64,000 nucleotides of DNA from Candidatus Gottesmanbacteria bacterium (lineage in GTDB: Bacteria > Patescibacteriota > Microgenomatia > UBA10105 > UBA927), in contig CAWBPL010000002.1 in NCBI GenBank assembly GCA_963790805.1, forward strand, positions 1,084,860 to 1,148,859, written 5' to 3'. The first letter of the stretch is position 1. Every line of letters starts with the position of its first letter. Shown in pieces: positions 44,724 through 54,007 of the stretch. Both the position numbers and the translations under genes were made by a program. The notes beneath the pieces were generated by a model. It saw nothing but the letters and a program-made list of their open reading frames with translations, was not told the origin of the DNA and did no database searches.

Positions 44724-46516
44724 AACGAAGAATGCGGTATAGATAATAATGCCAATAGAATAAAAAATAACGCGATGCACGCAAGAGGAATAATAAATGA
44801 ATACACAAGCGGCCGTATTTGGAAATTATATTGGGATGCTTGATCATTGACTGTGGCGGTTAAGCTTCCTGTTCCCTGCATAAAGTAGCCAGGTAATGGT
44901 ATGGAGACGGGTATTGACAGCTTTGCGTACGGAGCGACATTGGTGAACGTTTTTGAGATGGCTACGTCAAAAGGAGTCGATTGAACCGTTACAACGACCG
45001 ATTGAACTGCTGTGCCGTTTGGATTTTCGATTGTTACGGTGCCCGCTGCCGGTATCCCTGATGTTGCCACTTTTGGAAATACGTAACTGGTAATCAATTT
45101 GCTCTGCGCAAATGATGGTTTGGATTGAGAGAATGCGACTAAAACATCCTTTGAATTCGTCCCTGGACGCTTATAAAAACCCGCAGGATAGGGATAATCA
45201 CTCGCGATGCCGTGTATCGAAAACGCTATGTGATTAAAATCAAGTTTATCAAAATAATTGACTCCTCCGGTCGTACTTGCCCATGTCGGGTCAATTTGTA
45301 TCCAGACTTTTTTGACGCTATCGTAGTATTCCGGCCATGAGTGTAGGACGTCTGAAACAAGAGACAGAGGCCGTAATTTAGAATTCGTGGTATATGCGAA
45401 GCCGACGACCTCGCGGGCAGGTATTCCTGCCGCCCGCGCAATCGCGACGAAGAGATCTGTATATTCCATACAAATGGAATTTTTGGGCGTCGCTAAAGCT
45501 TCTAGTGCCCCTTTGCGCACCGGCGATTGACTGACACGCGTATAGTCATAGGAAAGCGTACGAACGACATAATTATAAATATCCCGCGGGGTTTTATATG
45601 TTTGGGCTAATGCTTGAATTTGAGGGCTTTGAGATTCCCAATATTTTAACGGTTTTGTGTACACTGACGGATCTGTTATCTCCTCGGAAACGCCGTCGAA
45701 TTGTCTGAGTTGTATGGCAACCGTGATCTGAGCTTGAACATCAAGGCGCTCAGCCGGTAATAAATCATACTGGGCAAGCCAGTTTCCGTCAGCATCCGTG
45801 AGTACTGTTTTCGGCTTCGGCGTTATGGATCGGATGATAACTTTCTGAAACGCCGTGTCCGGCGGTAACGAGATTTCTGAGGTTCGCGGAGCAACGCTGT
45901 CATTTTCGAGATGGTACGAAAGGTTTAAATCAAATGCTTGCATGTTACCGTAGGCTGCGCTAATTCCCCCTGTTATCATCTGGTCTTTCGTCCATCGGTC
46001 TGCCGCTGCGGGCATTGGAGTCATATACGCATTCGGGCCAAATGTTGGGGGTACATTGAGTGTAACGGTATATGATGCGAGGTCAGGGTCATTGGCGACA
46101 CCAGGAATATTCACTTCCCAGATATCGCCGTTTTTTTGCGTGATTTCGGCATCTTCGTATCGGAGCGAAAAATGAAGCTGTTTACCTAACCCGACGATAT
46201 GGTCGTTAAACGGCAGGGTAATTTGAGTTTTACCGTCACTTTGATCGATCTGCGTTTGGACAAGGCCGCCATTATCAAAAGCTATAACGTTTTTTATTTT
46301 CTGAGAATCGATTAATATAGAATATTTTTGCGGATATAAGTTGCTTTGCTTATTGGTTAATGTAACGTTCTGGGTAACTATAGTGACCCCTGCAGGAGAA
46401 ATTGCATACTCAACATCATAATCTGCCTGAAATTCTCCAACTGCCAAGACGCGGGAAAGTGGAAATATGCATAGTATACATACGATAAAAAACAATCGAT
46501 AAATAATTTGTTTCAT
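44702..46516 (-). CDS. secreted transglutaminase-like domain protein with a C-terminal TM anchor
   Basis: Signal peptide. CMEYTDLFVAIARAAGIPAR (Cys), HSWPEYY (His), IDPT (Asp). C-terminal hydrophobic helix. Confidence 0.75.
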   Translation of the reverse strand: MKQIIYRLFFIVCILCIFPLSRVLAVGEFQADYDVEYAISPAGVTIVTQNVTLTNKQSNLYPQKYSILIDSQKIKNVIAFDNGGLVQTQIDQSDGKTQITLPFNDHIVGLGKQLHFSLRYEDAEITQKNGDIWEVNIPGVANDPDLASYTVTLNVPPTFGPNAYMTPMPAAADRWTKDQMITGGISAAYGNMQAFDLNLSYHLENDSVAPRTSEISLPPDTAFQKVIIRSITPKPKTVLTDADGNWLAQYDLLPAERLDVQAQITVAIQLRQFDGVSEEITDPSVYTKPLKYWESQSPQIQALAQTYKTPRDIYNYVVRTLSYDYTRVSQSPVRKGALEALATPKNSICMEYTDLFVAIARAAGIPAREVVGFAYTTNSKLRPLSLVSDVLHSWPEYYDSVKKVWIQIDPTWASTTGGVNYFDKLDFNHIAFSIHGIASDYPYPAGFYKRPGTNSKDVLVAFSQSKPSFAQSKLITSYVFPKVATSGIPAAGTVTIENPNGTAVQSVVVTVQSTPFDVAISKTFTNVAPYAKLSIPVSIPLPGYFMQGTGSLTATVNDQASQYNFQIRPLVYSFIIPLACIALFFILLALLSIPHSSLWKHRRK

Positions 46517-46522
46517 CTCAAA

Positions 46523-49499
46523 TTATTGTAATATCTTTTTAAGAAACTGTCCTGTGTAAGAATGATTCTGTTTTGTTAAATCGGCAGGAGTGCCGGTTGC
46601 GATAATTCGTCCTCCTTCGTCTCCGCCCTCGGGACCCAAATCGATAATCCAGTCAGCATTTTTTAATAATATCAAGGTTGTGTTCGATAACGATAACGGT
46701 GTTACCAAGCGTGGTGAGTTTATGCAGAACTGAAAGCAATTTTTCCAGATCGGCGAAATGAAGACCTGTTGTGGGCTCGTCGAGAATATATACAGTTTTT
46801 CCGGTTGAGCGCCGGTGCAGCTCTGAGGCCAGTTTGACACGTTGTGCCTCGCCTCCTGACAATGTTGTTGCCGCCTGCCCCAAATGCATGTATCCGAGCC
46901 CAACTTCCTCGATCACTTTAAGTTTTTCTGATAACTGTGGATGTGATTCAAAGAACCGAACTGCTTCTTCTACCGTCATATCAAGGATTTGCGCGATATT
47001 TTTGCCATGGTAGAGAACTTCAAGCGTCTCAGCGTTATACCTTGATCCTCGGCAAACTTCACACGTGACATAGACGTCAGAGAGAAACTGCATTTCAATT
47101 TTTAACTGACCCTCTCCCTCGCATGCTTCACAGCGTCCGCCCTTTACATTAAATGAAAAACGTCCTGGGCGATATCCTCGGGATCTTGCTTCCGGCAGTT
47201 GCGCATAAATGTCGCGGATGAGCGAAAATATGCCTGTATATGTTGCGGGGTTGCTGCGCGGCGTTCTTCCGATCGGGGATTGATCGATAAGAATTGATTT
47301 ATCTATGCGATCAATATAGTCAATCGTATCAAGTTTTCCGGAGCGTTCCTTATACAGCGGGTTGAAATGTGATGCAAGCGCTCGGTAAAGCGTTTCAACG
47401 ATAAGTGTTGATTTGCCGCTTCCGGAAACTCCGGTAACGCAAACGAATTTCCCGAGTGGAATTGGTACGTCAATGTTTTTTAAGTTATTTTCTTTTGCAC
47501 CGCGAAGCACGATTAATTCCTGTTTATCAACGGGAAGCAATGTCTGGTTACGCGACCGTGTAATTTTCCGTTCATTCGTAAGATATTTCGCTGTCAGTGA
47601 ATGAGGATCCGCAAGCACGTGAGCGACGCTTCCCTGTGCAATTATTCTTCCGCCGTGTTCTCCGGCGCCTGGTCCGAAGTCAACGAGATAATCTGCTTCT
47701 TCCATCATTTCCCTATCATGTTCAACGACTATGACGGTATTTCCGAGATCCCGCAGAGCCTTAAGCGTGTCTATGAGTTTTTTGTTATCCCGGGGGTGAA
47801 GCCCAATGGAGGGTTCGTCAAGAACATAGAGAACTCCTGAGAGCCCTGAACCGATTTGGGAAGCGAGCCGAATCCTTTGAGCTTCCCCTCCTGCCAGCGT
47901 TGTTGCGCTTCGTGAAATAGTTAAATAATCCAAACCCACTCGATTGAGAAATTCAATACGCGTCGCTATTTCTTTCAGAATCGGTTTTGAAACGATCGTT
48001 TCCTGATTGCTTAATGCACCCTTTTCGTTTTTTTGAATTGTTGCGATCCATGTTTTTGCATCACGTACGGATAAATCGCTCACGTCTGCGATTGAAAATT
48101 TATCAATCGTTACCGTGAGACTTTCTTTTTTAAGCCGGCGGCCGTTACAGATGGAGCAGATTTCTTGACGCATATATTTTTCGATTTCCACCCGCATAAA
48201 TTCTGACTGGGTTTCCATGAAACGGCGTTTAAGTTCTGGGAGTATTCCGCGAAAAGGCTCCTCGATCGTTGTGATGTCACCGAAGCGGTTTTTACCTATG
48301 ACACGATACAATCGGTCTCCTGTGCCATTGAGGAGTACATCGAGCTGTTTTTCAGAAAATGTTTTAATCGGTACGCGTTCGTTAATATCATATTCTTTCG
48401 CCACTGTTGAAATGACGCGGGAATACCACGTGTCATGGAAAAACATGCGAGCAAACGGTAAAATACCGCCTTCACTTATGGACAATTCGGGGCTGATGAC
48501 AAGCTTGGGGTCAACGGTCAAAATTGTGCCGATGCCGCTGCAGTTCGGACATGCGCCGTGGGGCGTATTAAACGAAAATGACCGAGGTTCAATTTCGTCT
48601 ATTGATATATTGCAGACAGGGCACGCAAATTTTTCCGAATAGACGCGCTGGCGCAGCTGTTTTGGCTTTTGGGGGAACGAAAATCCGGGGTCATCGACAA
48701 CAGCCATGATAACGAGACCGTCTGACAAGGTAACCGCCTGTTCCACGGCATCCGTCAGGCGTGTGCGCATAGCCGTGTATTTATCCGGTGTTCCGTCTGC
48801 TTTATTCTGCTTTTTTAAATCGGATTTTTCCATCGTAATTCTATCTATAACAACGTCTATGGAGTGCTTGTTTGTTTTAATAAGCGCGATATCATCGTCA
48901 ACGCTGAAGAAATAGCCGTCCGCGCGAATTGTTCTGAAACCTTTCGATCGCAGGTTGTCAAACAGATTCGAAAATTCTCCCTTGCGGTCTCTCACGACCG
49001 GCGAAAAAATTATGATGCGCACGTGCTTTTTTCCGCTTTCCAATTCGCTTTGCGCATTTGTCAAAATCAGATCGACGATCTGTTGAGGAGAAAGGCGCGT
49101 GATTTCGCGGCCGCAATTTGGACAGTGCGGATGACCTATGCGAGCAAACAACAAACGCATGTAATCATAAATTTCGGTAACTGTTCCGACCGTTGATCTC
49201 GGGTTATGGGAAGTCGATTTTTGATCAATGGATATGGACGGCGAAAGCCCTTCGATAGAGTCTACGTCTGGTTTATCCATGATGCCAAGAAATTGTCTGG
49301 CATACGAAGAAAGAGATTCGACATATCGTCTCTGTCCTTCCGCATAAATCGTATCAAACGCGAGCGATGATTTACCGGATCCAGAAAGACCCGTAAAAAC
49401 AATAAGCTTATTCTTCGGAAGCTCTAAGTCAATGTTTTTCAGGTTGTGCTGCCGTGCACCTTTAATTATAAGTTTATCCATATAACGCAAATTGACCAC
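46523..49499 (-). CDS. uvrA: excinuclease ABC subunit A, interrupted by a 1-nt frameshift near the 3' end
   Basis: Two ABC modules and zinc-finger Cys pairs. The main ORF stops at 46653 (..[11 protein letters not shown]). The conserved C-terminus [12 protein letters not shown].. continues in the next frame, which ends at 46523. The break is at a T6/A6 run, 46659-46664. Confidence 0.9.
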
Positions 49500-49529
49500 C
49501 GATGGGTCCGTGGCAAACGCTATTATACA

Positions 49530-51566
49530 TCATTGGTTGAGCGACGCGATGAAATCGTGGATTCTTGCGGCCTGTTCAAAATCCAGATCCTTGCTTGCCT
49601 GTCTCATTGCGCGCGTAAGATTCGCAATCAGCTTTTTGCGGTCATAGGGAGTCATTGATTCTATTTTTGTTCCATCCAATCCAAGCATTTCATCAACCGA
49701 TTCCCGTTTCTTTTGATTTATATCTTCACGTTCAATCAAACGGTCGCGAATAGGCTTTTGAATCGAGAGCGGGGTGATGTGATGTTTTTGATTAAATGCC
49801 TCTTGAGTTTTACGCCTTCGTTCAACTTCACTGATGGCGAACTTGATAGAATCAGTCTTTTTATCAGCATAAAGAATTACCTGTCCGGCGACGTGGCGTG
49901 CTGCTCTTCCCATTGTCTGTATGAGACTCGTTTTACTTCGCAAAAATCCTTCTTTATCAGCATCAAGAATCGCAACAAGGGAAACCTCGGGTAAATCCAA
50001 CCCCTCGCGCAATAAATTAACGCCAACAATAACATCATACGTGCCCTTTCGAAGGTCAGCTAAAATATCGCTTCGCACTAACGTTTCCACGTCCGCATGA
50101 AGGTAATGAACGAGAATTCCCCGTTCTTCAAGGTAGCTTGAAAGGTCTTCAGCCATTTGTTTGGTGAGCGTTGTTACCAATACGCGTTCATGGCGGGCTA
50201 CTCTTTTCTCTATTTCTTTAAAGAGATCGTCGATTTGATGGGTTGCCGGACGTATTTCAACAATCGGATCGATTAAACCGGTCGGTCGAATGAGCTGTTC
50301 AACAATGCCGCTTTTGATATTTTTGGAGGCGGCTGATTCTTTCGCCCTTTCCATTTCATAGCTGTCAGGAGTTGCAGAATCGTAAATCGTTTGGGGAAGA
50401 GTTCGCAGGAATTCTTCAAATCGAAGCGGCCTGTTATCAAGTGCCGCGGGAAGCCGAAACCCGTAATCAATAAGGGTTTGCTTCCTGCTTCTGTCACCGT
50501 TATACATACCGCGAATTTGCGGAACCGTCATGTGAGATTCGTCAATAACCAGAAGCCAATCGTTTCCATATGCCTCTTTGTAATAGTCCAAAAGTGTATA
50601 GGGAGGATCACCGGACTTACGGCCGTCAAAATAGCGGGAATAATTTTCTATGCCGTTTACATATCCCATTTCTGCGATCATTTCGAGGTCATACGTGACG
50701 CGTTGATGAATGCGCTGTGCCTCAATGAGTTTTCCATTTTTTTTAAAATTACTCACCTGACGCTCGAGATCATCCCGAATCTCACGAAATACACTTGTAT
50801 AGCTTTTCGGATCGGTCATATAATGTTTCGCTGGATAAATGACAGAGCCGGAAAGTTCTATGATGGATTCTCCGGTCAGCGGATCGATTTCCTCAAGTTT
50901 TTTAATATATTCACTCTCAAGGACAATTCGAATGGACGTGTCCATGTAGGCGGGAAATAAATCAATAGAATCGCCTCTCACACGAAATGTGCCCCGGTGA
51001 AATCCAAAGTCGTTTCGTTCATATTGGAGCTGCACGAGACGCGTAAATATACTCTCGCGAGAGATTTTCATGCCGGGCATAAGTTCCAAAACAAAATTGC
51101 CGTACTCTTTCGGTGAGCCGATGTTGTAAATGCAGGAAACAGATGCAATAACGATCGTATCCTTTCGGGTTAATATATTCGTCGTAGCTGCGAGCCGTAA
51201 TTTATCAATTTCCTCGTTAATCTCGGTTTCCTTTTCTATATAGGTATCAGATGATGGTATATAGGCTTCCGGTTGGTAATAATCGTAGTACGAAACGAAA
51301 TACGACACTGCATTGGTCGGGAAAAAATCCCTGAATTCCTGATACAGCTGAGCTGCAAGTGTTTTATTGTGTGAAATAACCAATGTCGGCCTCTGAACTC
51401 TTTCAATGACATTGGCGATGGTGAATGTTTTTCCGCTCCCTGTGACGCCCAACAATACCTGTTCGCCAACATCTTGCCGTATGTTGTGAACAAGCTGATC
51501 GATAGCTTCCGGCTGATCACCGGTTGGTTTAAATGAAGATTGCAATTTAAATGTGTTCATAGACAA
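49530..51566 (-). CDS. uvrB: excinuclease ABC subunit B
   Basis: GVTGSGKT, DESH helicase motifs, C-terminal UVR domain. Confidence 0.95.
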   Translation of the reverse strand: MSMNTFKLQSSFKPTGDQPEAIDQLVHNIRQDVGEQVLLGVTGSGKTFTIANVIERVQRPTLVISHNKTLAAQLYQEFRDFFPTNAVSYFVSYYDYYQPEAYIPSSDTYIEKETEINEEIDKLRLAATTNILTRKDTIVIASVSCIYNIGSPKEYGNFVLELMPGMKISRESIFTRLVQLQYERNDFGFHRGTFRVRGDSIDLFPAYMDTSIRIVLESEYIKKLEEIDPLTGESIIELSGSVIYPAKHYMTDPKSYTSVFREIRDDLERQVSNFKKNGKLIEAQRIHQRVTYDLEMIAEMGYVNGIENYSRYFDGRKSGDPPYTLLDYYKEAYGNDWLLVIDESHMTVPQIRGMYNGDRSRKQTLIDYGFRLPAALDNRPLRFEEFLRTLPQTIYDSATPDSYEMERAKESAASKNIKSGIVEQLIRPTGLIDPIVEIRPATHQIDDLFKEIEKRVARHERVLVTTLTKQMAEDLSSYLEERGILVHYLHADVETLVRSDILADLRKGTYDVIVGVNLLREGLDLPEVSLVAILDADKEGFLRSKTSLIQTMGRAARHVAGQVILYADKKTDSIKFAISEVERRRKTQEAFNQKHHITPLSIQKPIRDRLIEREDINQKKRESVDEMLGLDGTKIESMTPYDRKKLIANLTRAMRQASKDLDFEQAARIHDFIASLNQ

Positions 51567-51616
51567 TAATTTCGGGTTTATTCAATTTTGATATACAAAT
51601 ATACGGATAGTTATAA

Positions 51617-51645
51617 TTGACAATTCGGGTATATTTTGAAATACT
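51617..51645 (+). promoter_or_regulatory. candidate lexA promoter
   Basis: TTGACA (51617-51622), 17 nt, AATACT (51640-51645). Confidence 0.4.
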
Positions 51646-51668
51646 ACAAATAATCATATCATATTTTT

Positions 51669-51682
51669 GGTTAATATTAACC
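51669..51682. promoter_or_regulatory. 14-bp perfect palindrome GGTTAATATTAACC, candidate LexA operator
   Basis: Ends 2 nt before the lexA ATG. Lies in the shared uvrB/lexA divergent region. Confidence 0.4.
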
Positions 51683-51684
51683 CT

Positions 51685-52308
51685 ATGCCAGCAACGCTTT
51701 ATACAAAAGAACGCCAGATAATTGAGTTTATCACACAGTTTATCCAGCGTTACGGATATGCGCCGACGTTAAAGGAAATTGGCGATGCACTCGGCATGAA
51801 TTCGCCTGCTACCGTGCATGAGCACATTGACCGTTTACGGCAAAAAGGATATATCAAAAAACTTGATGGTACAGCCAGAGGATTGGAAATTGTTACGGAA
51901 AAGTACCGCGCGGGCAACGCAAGCACAGCAATTGAGCTTCCGGTACTGGGATACATTGCAGCAGGGAGTCCTCTTGAACCCTACACCGATCCGAATTATT
52001 ACATTTCCGTAGCCCCGAGTTTGATTTCGTCAAACAAACCGAGTTACATCCTTCAGGTAAAAGGAGTTTCCATGATTGAAGATGGCATTATGGACGGTGA
52101 TTTTGTGGTGATACAGCATCAGCAGGATGCGCAAAACGGTGATATCGTGGTTGCCCTTCTACCGAACGGACTTGCAACGCTTAAGCGTATATATTTTGAA
52201 AAAGACCGCATTAAGCTTATGCCCGCAAATTCCACCATGTCACCCATATTTACTACGCACGTGAAGATTCAGGGGAAATGTGTAGGGCTTATTCGAAAAT
52301 TTGTTTAA
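51685..52308 (+). CDS. lexA: LexA repressor
   Basis: N-terminal wHTH (YAPTLKEIGDALGM.SPATVHEHIDRL), AAG cleavage-site context (YIAAGSP), and S24 peptidase motifs VKGVSM...LKR. Confidence 0.9.
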   Translation: MPATLYTKERQIIEFITQFIQRYGYAPTLKEIGDALGMNSPATVHEHIDRLRQKGYIKKLDGTARGLEIVTEKYRAGNASTAIELPVLGYIAAGSPLEPYTDPNYYISVAPSLISSNKPSYILQVKGVSMIEDGIMDGDFVVIQHQQDAQNGDIVVALLPNGLATLKRIYFEKDRIKLMPANSTMSPIFTTHVKIQGKCVGLIRKFV

Positions 52309-52934
52309 GAAACGGTTTTTTTCTGAAAGTGCTTTAATTTGCGCCAAACATACCACGCAATCACGGCAACAATCGCCACCACAATCACCAAATCAAATTT
52401 TCGGAAGTACACCTCTAGTGATTTCCAGTTATTCCCTAAAATTACTCCTATTTGGGTCAGTACAACGGACCAAACGAGACAACCAATGACCGTATAGGCG
52501 ACAAATTTTTTAAACTTCATTTTCGCAACGCCTGCCGGAAGTGAGATAAATGTCCGAAGTACTGGGAGTACGCGTGATAAAAGGACGACCAGTTCACCGT
52601 GATTTCTAAACCACGACTCGGAGCGGTCATACTCTGCTTCGCTGATAAGAAGGTATTTGCCGTATTTAACGATGACCTTGCGGACAACGGCTTCCTGACC
52701 CCACCATCCGAGCCAGTAGGCAAGAAGTGACCCGAAGAGATTGCCAAGTGTTCCTACAATCACGACAAACCAAAAGTTAAAGCTACCAATGGCAACGAGT
52801 GATCCTGCAAACGGCATGGTGACTTCAGAGGGAATCGGTATAAGGCAGCTTTCGAGCGTCATAAGGAGGAATACACCGGAGTATCCGAGGGTTGCGATAA
52901 AATGCACAATCCATCCGCCGATAAGTTCAACCAT
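52305..52934 (-). CDS. dedA: DedA-family membrane protein
   Basis: SNARE-associated/DedA pattern (..PIPSEVTMPFAG...LSRVLPVLRTFISLPAG). Confidence 0.8.
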   Translation of the reverse strand: MVELIGGWIVHFIATLGYSGVFLLMTLESCLIPIPSEVTMPFAGSLVAIGSFNFWFVVIVGTLGNLFGSLLAYWLGWWGQEAVVRKVIVKYGKYLLISEAEYDRSESWFRNHGELVVLLSRVLPVLRTFISLPAGVAKMKFKKFVAYTVIGCLVWSVVLTQIGVILGNNWKSLEVYFRKFDLVIVVAIVAVIAWYVWRKLKHFQKKTVS

Positions 52935-52957
52935 TGGTCTATTGTATAATAGACCTC

Positions 52958-53647
52958 ATGGGAATTCTACATATTGTCGCAACGCCTATTGGGAATCTTG
53001 AAGATATCACGATTCGCGCTATAAAAACACTTCTTGCTGCAGATATTATCCTTTGCGAGGATACTCGGCATAGCGGAAATCTATTAAGCGAACTTCGGAA
53101 GCGCTATCCCAACTATGACTCGGGAAAACTCCCCAAGCTTATTCCCTATTACGATGAGATTGAAAACAAAGTGCTCCCTGAAATTATTGAAATACTGAAT
53201 TCTCAGGATGTTGTGCTTGTGTCAGATGCCGGAACACCGCTCATTTCCGATCCGGGGTTCCGATTGGTGCGCGAATGTTACAAACGAAACATTGTCGTTG
53301 AAAGCGTTCCGGGTCCGTCTGCCCTTCTGACCGCACTTACGTCTTCGGGCCTGCCGACCAATCAGTTTCATTTTTTCGGCTATCCGCCGGAAAAACAATC
53401 AGCACGAGTCGCGGTATTTGAAAAATTACGTTCTCTTGACGGCACAGCGGTTTTTTACTGCGCTCCACATAAACTAGTCACTGACTTACTCGATCTAAAG
53501 AAGAGTTACGGCGATATCGACATCGTTATTTGCCGCGAGCTAACCAAAGTTCATGAGGAAGTCTGGAGTGGAAACCTATCGCAGGCTTTGGCACATTTTG
53601 CCGCCCCGAAAGGAGAATTTGTTATCCTTTTTCTACTTTCGTTATAG
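52958..53647 (+). CDS. rsmI: 16S rRNA (cytidine1402-2'-O)-methyltransferase
   Basis: LHIVATPIGNLEDITIRA...ILCEDTRHS, a TP-methylase fold motif. Confidence 0.85.
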   Translation: MGILHIVATPIGNLEDITIRAIKTLLAADIILCEDTRHSGNLLSELRKRYPNYDSGKLPKLIPYYDEIENKVLPEIIEILNSQDVVLVSDAGTPLISDPGFRLVRECYKRNIVVESVPGPSALLTALTSSGLPTNQFHFFGYPPEKQSARVAVFEKLRSLDGTAVFYCAPHKLVTDLLDLKKSYGDIDIVICRELTKVHEEVWSGNLSQALAHFAAPKGEFVILFLLSL

Positions 53648-53984
53648 TTACTTGGGTAAACCAAGGCTGTTGATATCGTTGTTGTAGCTCTTCAAATGTG
53701 GGGAGGTAATGTGAGTGGACAAGACAAAGAAACGCGCCTTTCCCGATATCCAAAACCGTCTGGCCTTCTTTCAGTTTATGACCCGCGAAGCACACCCTTC
53801 CTTTCGGCGCCATAACCTGCGGCTCGTTTCCTTCGATACAAAGCTGCCCATGCGTAAAATGGGTCATTTCCACATCATAACTGCTTTCAGGGTCTATTGC
53901 ACGCGATTGTCTCGACTCAACAGTACCCCAACCTCCCAAAGGAATCCCGCGCTCTCCTTCAATGACAACTGAAAAAGTTCCCAT
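53622..53984 (-). CDS. hypothetical protein
   Basis: 120-codon ORF. 3' end overlaps rsmI by 26 nt. No motif recognised. Confidence 0.45.
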   Translation of the reverse strand: MGTFSVVIEGERGIPLGGWGTVESRQSRAIDPESSYDVEMTHFTHGQLCIEGNEPQVMAPKGRVCFAGHKLKEGQTVLDIGKGAFLCLVHSHYLPTFEELQQRYQQPWFTQVTITKVEKG

Positions 53985-54007
53985 TAACTATTATTATAGG
54001 GTATTAG

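Noticed and set aside
46523-46903. 126-aa ORF annotated as a separate gene downstream of uvrA
   Set aside because: Only its last 45 or so residues are meaningful, and they are the canonical UvrA C-terminus. It is treated as part of a frameshifted uvrA.
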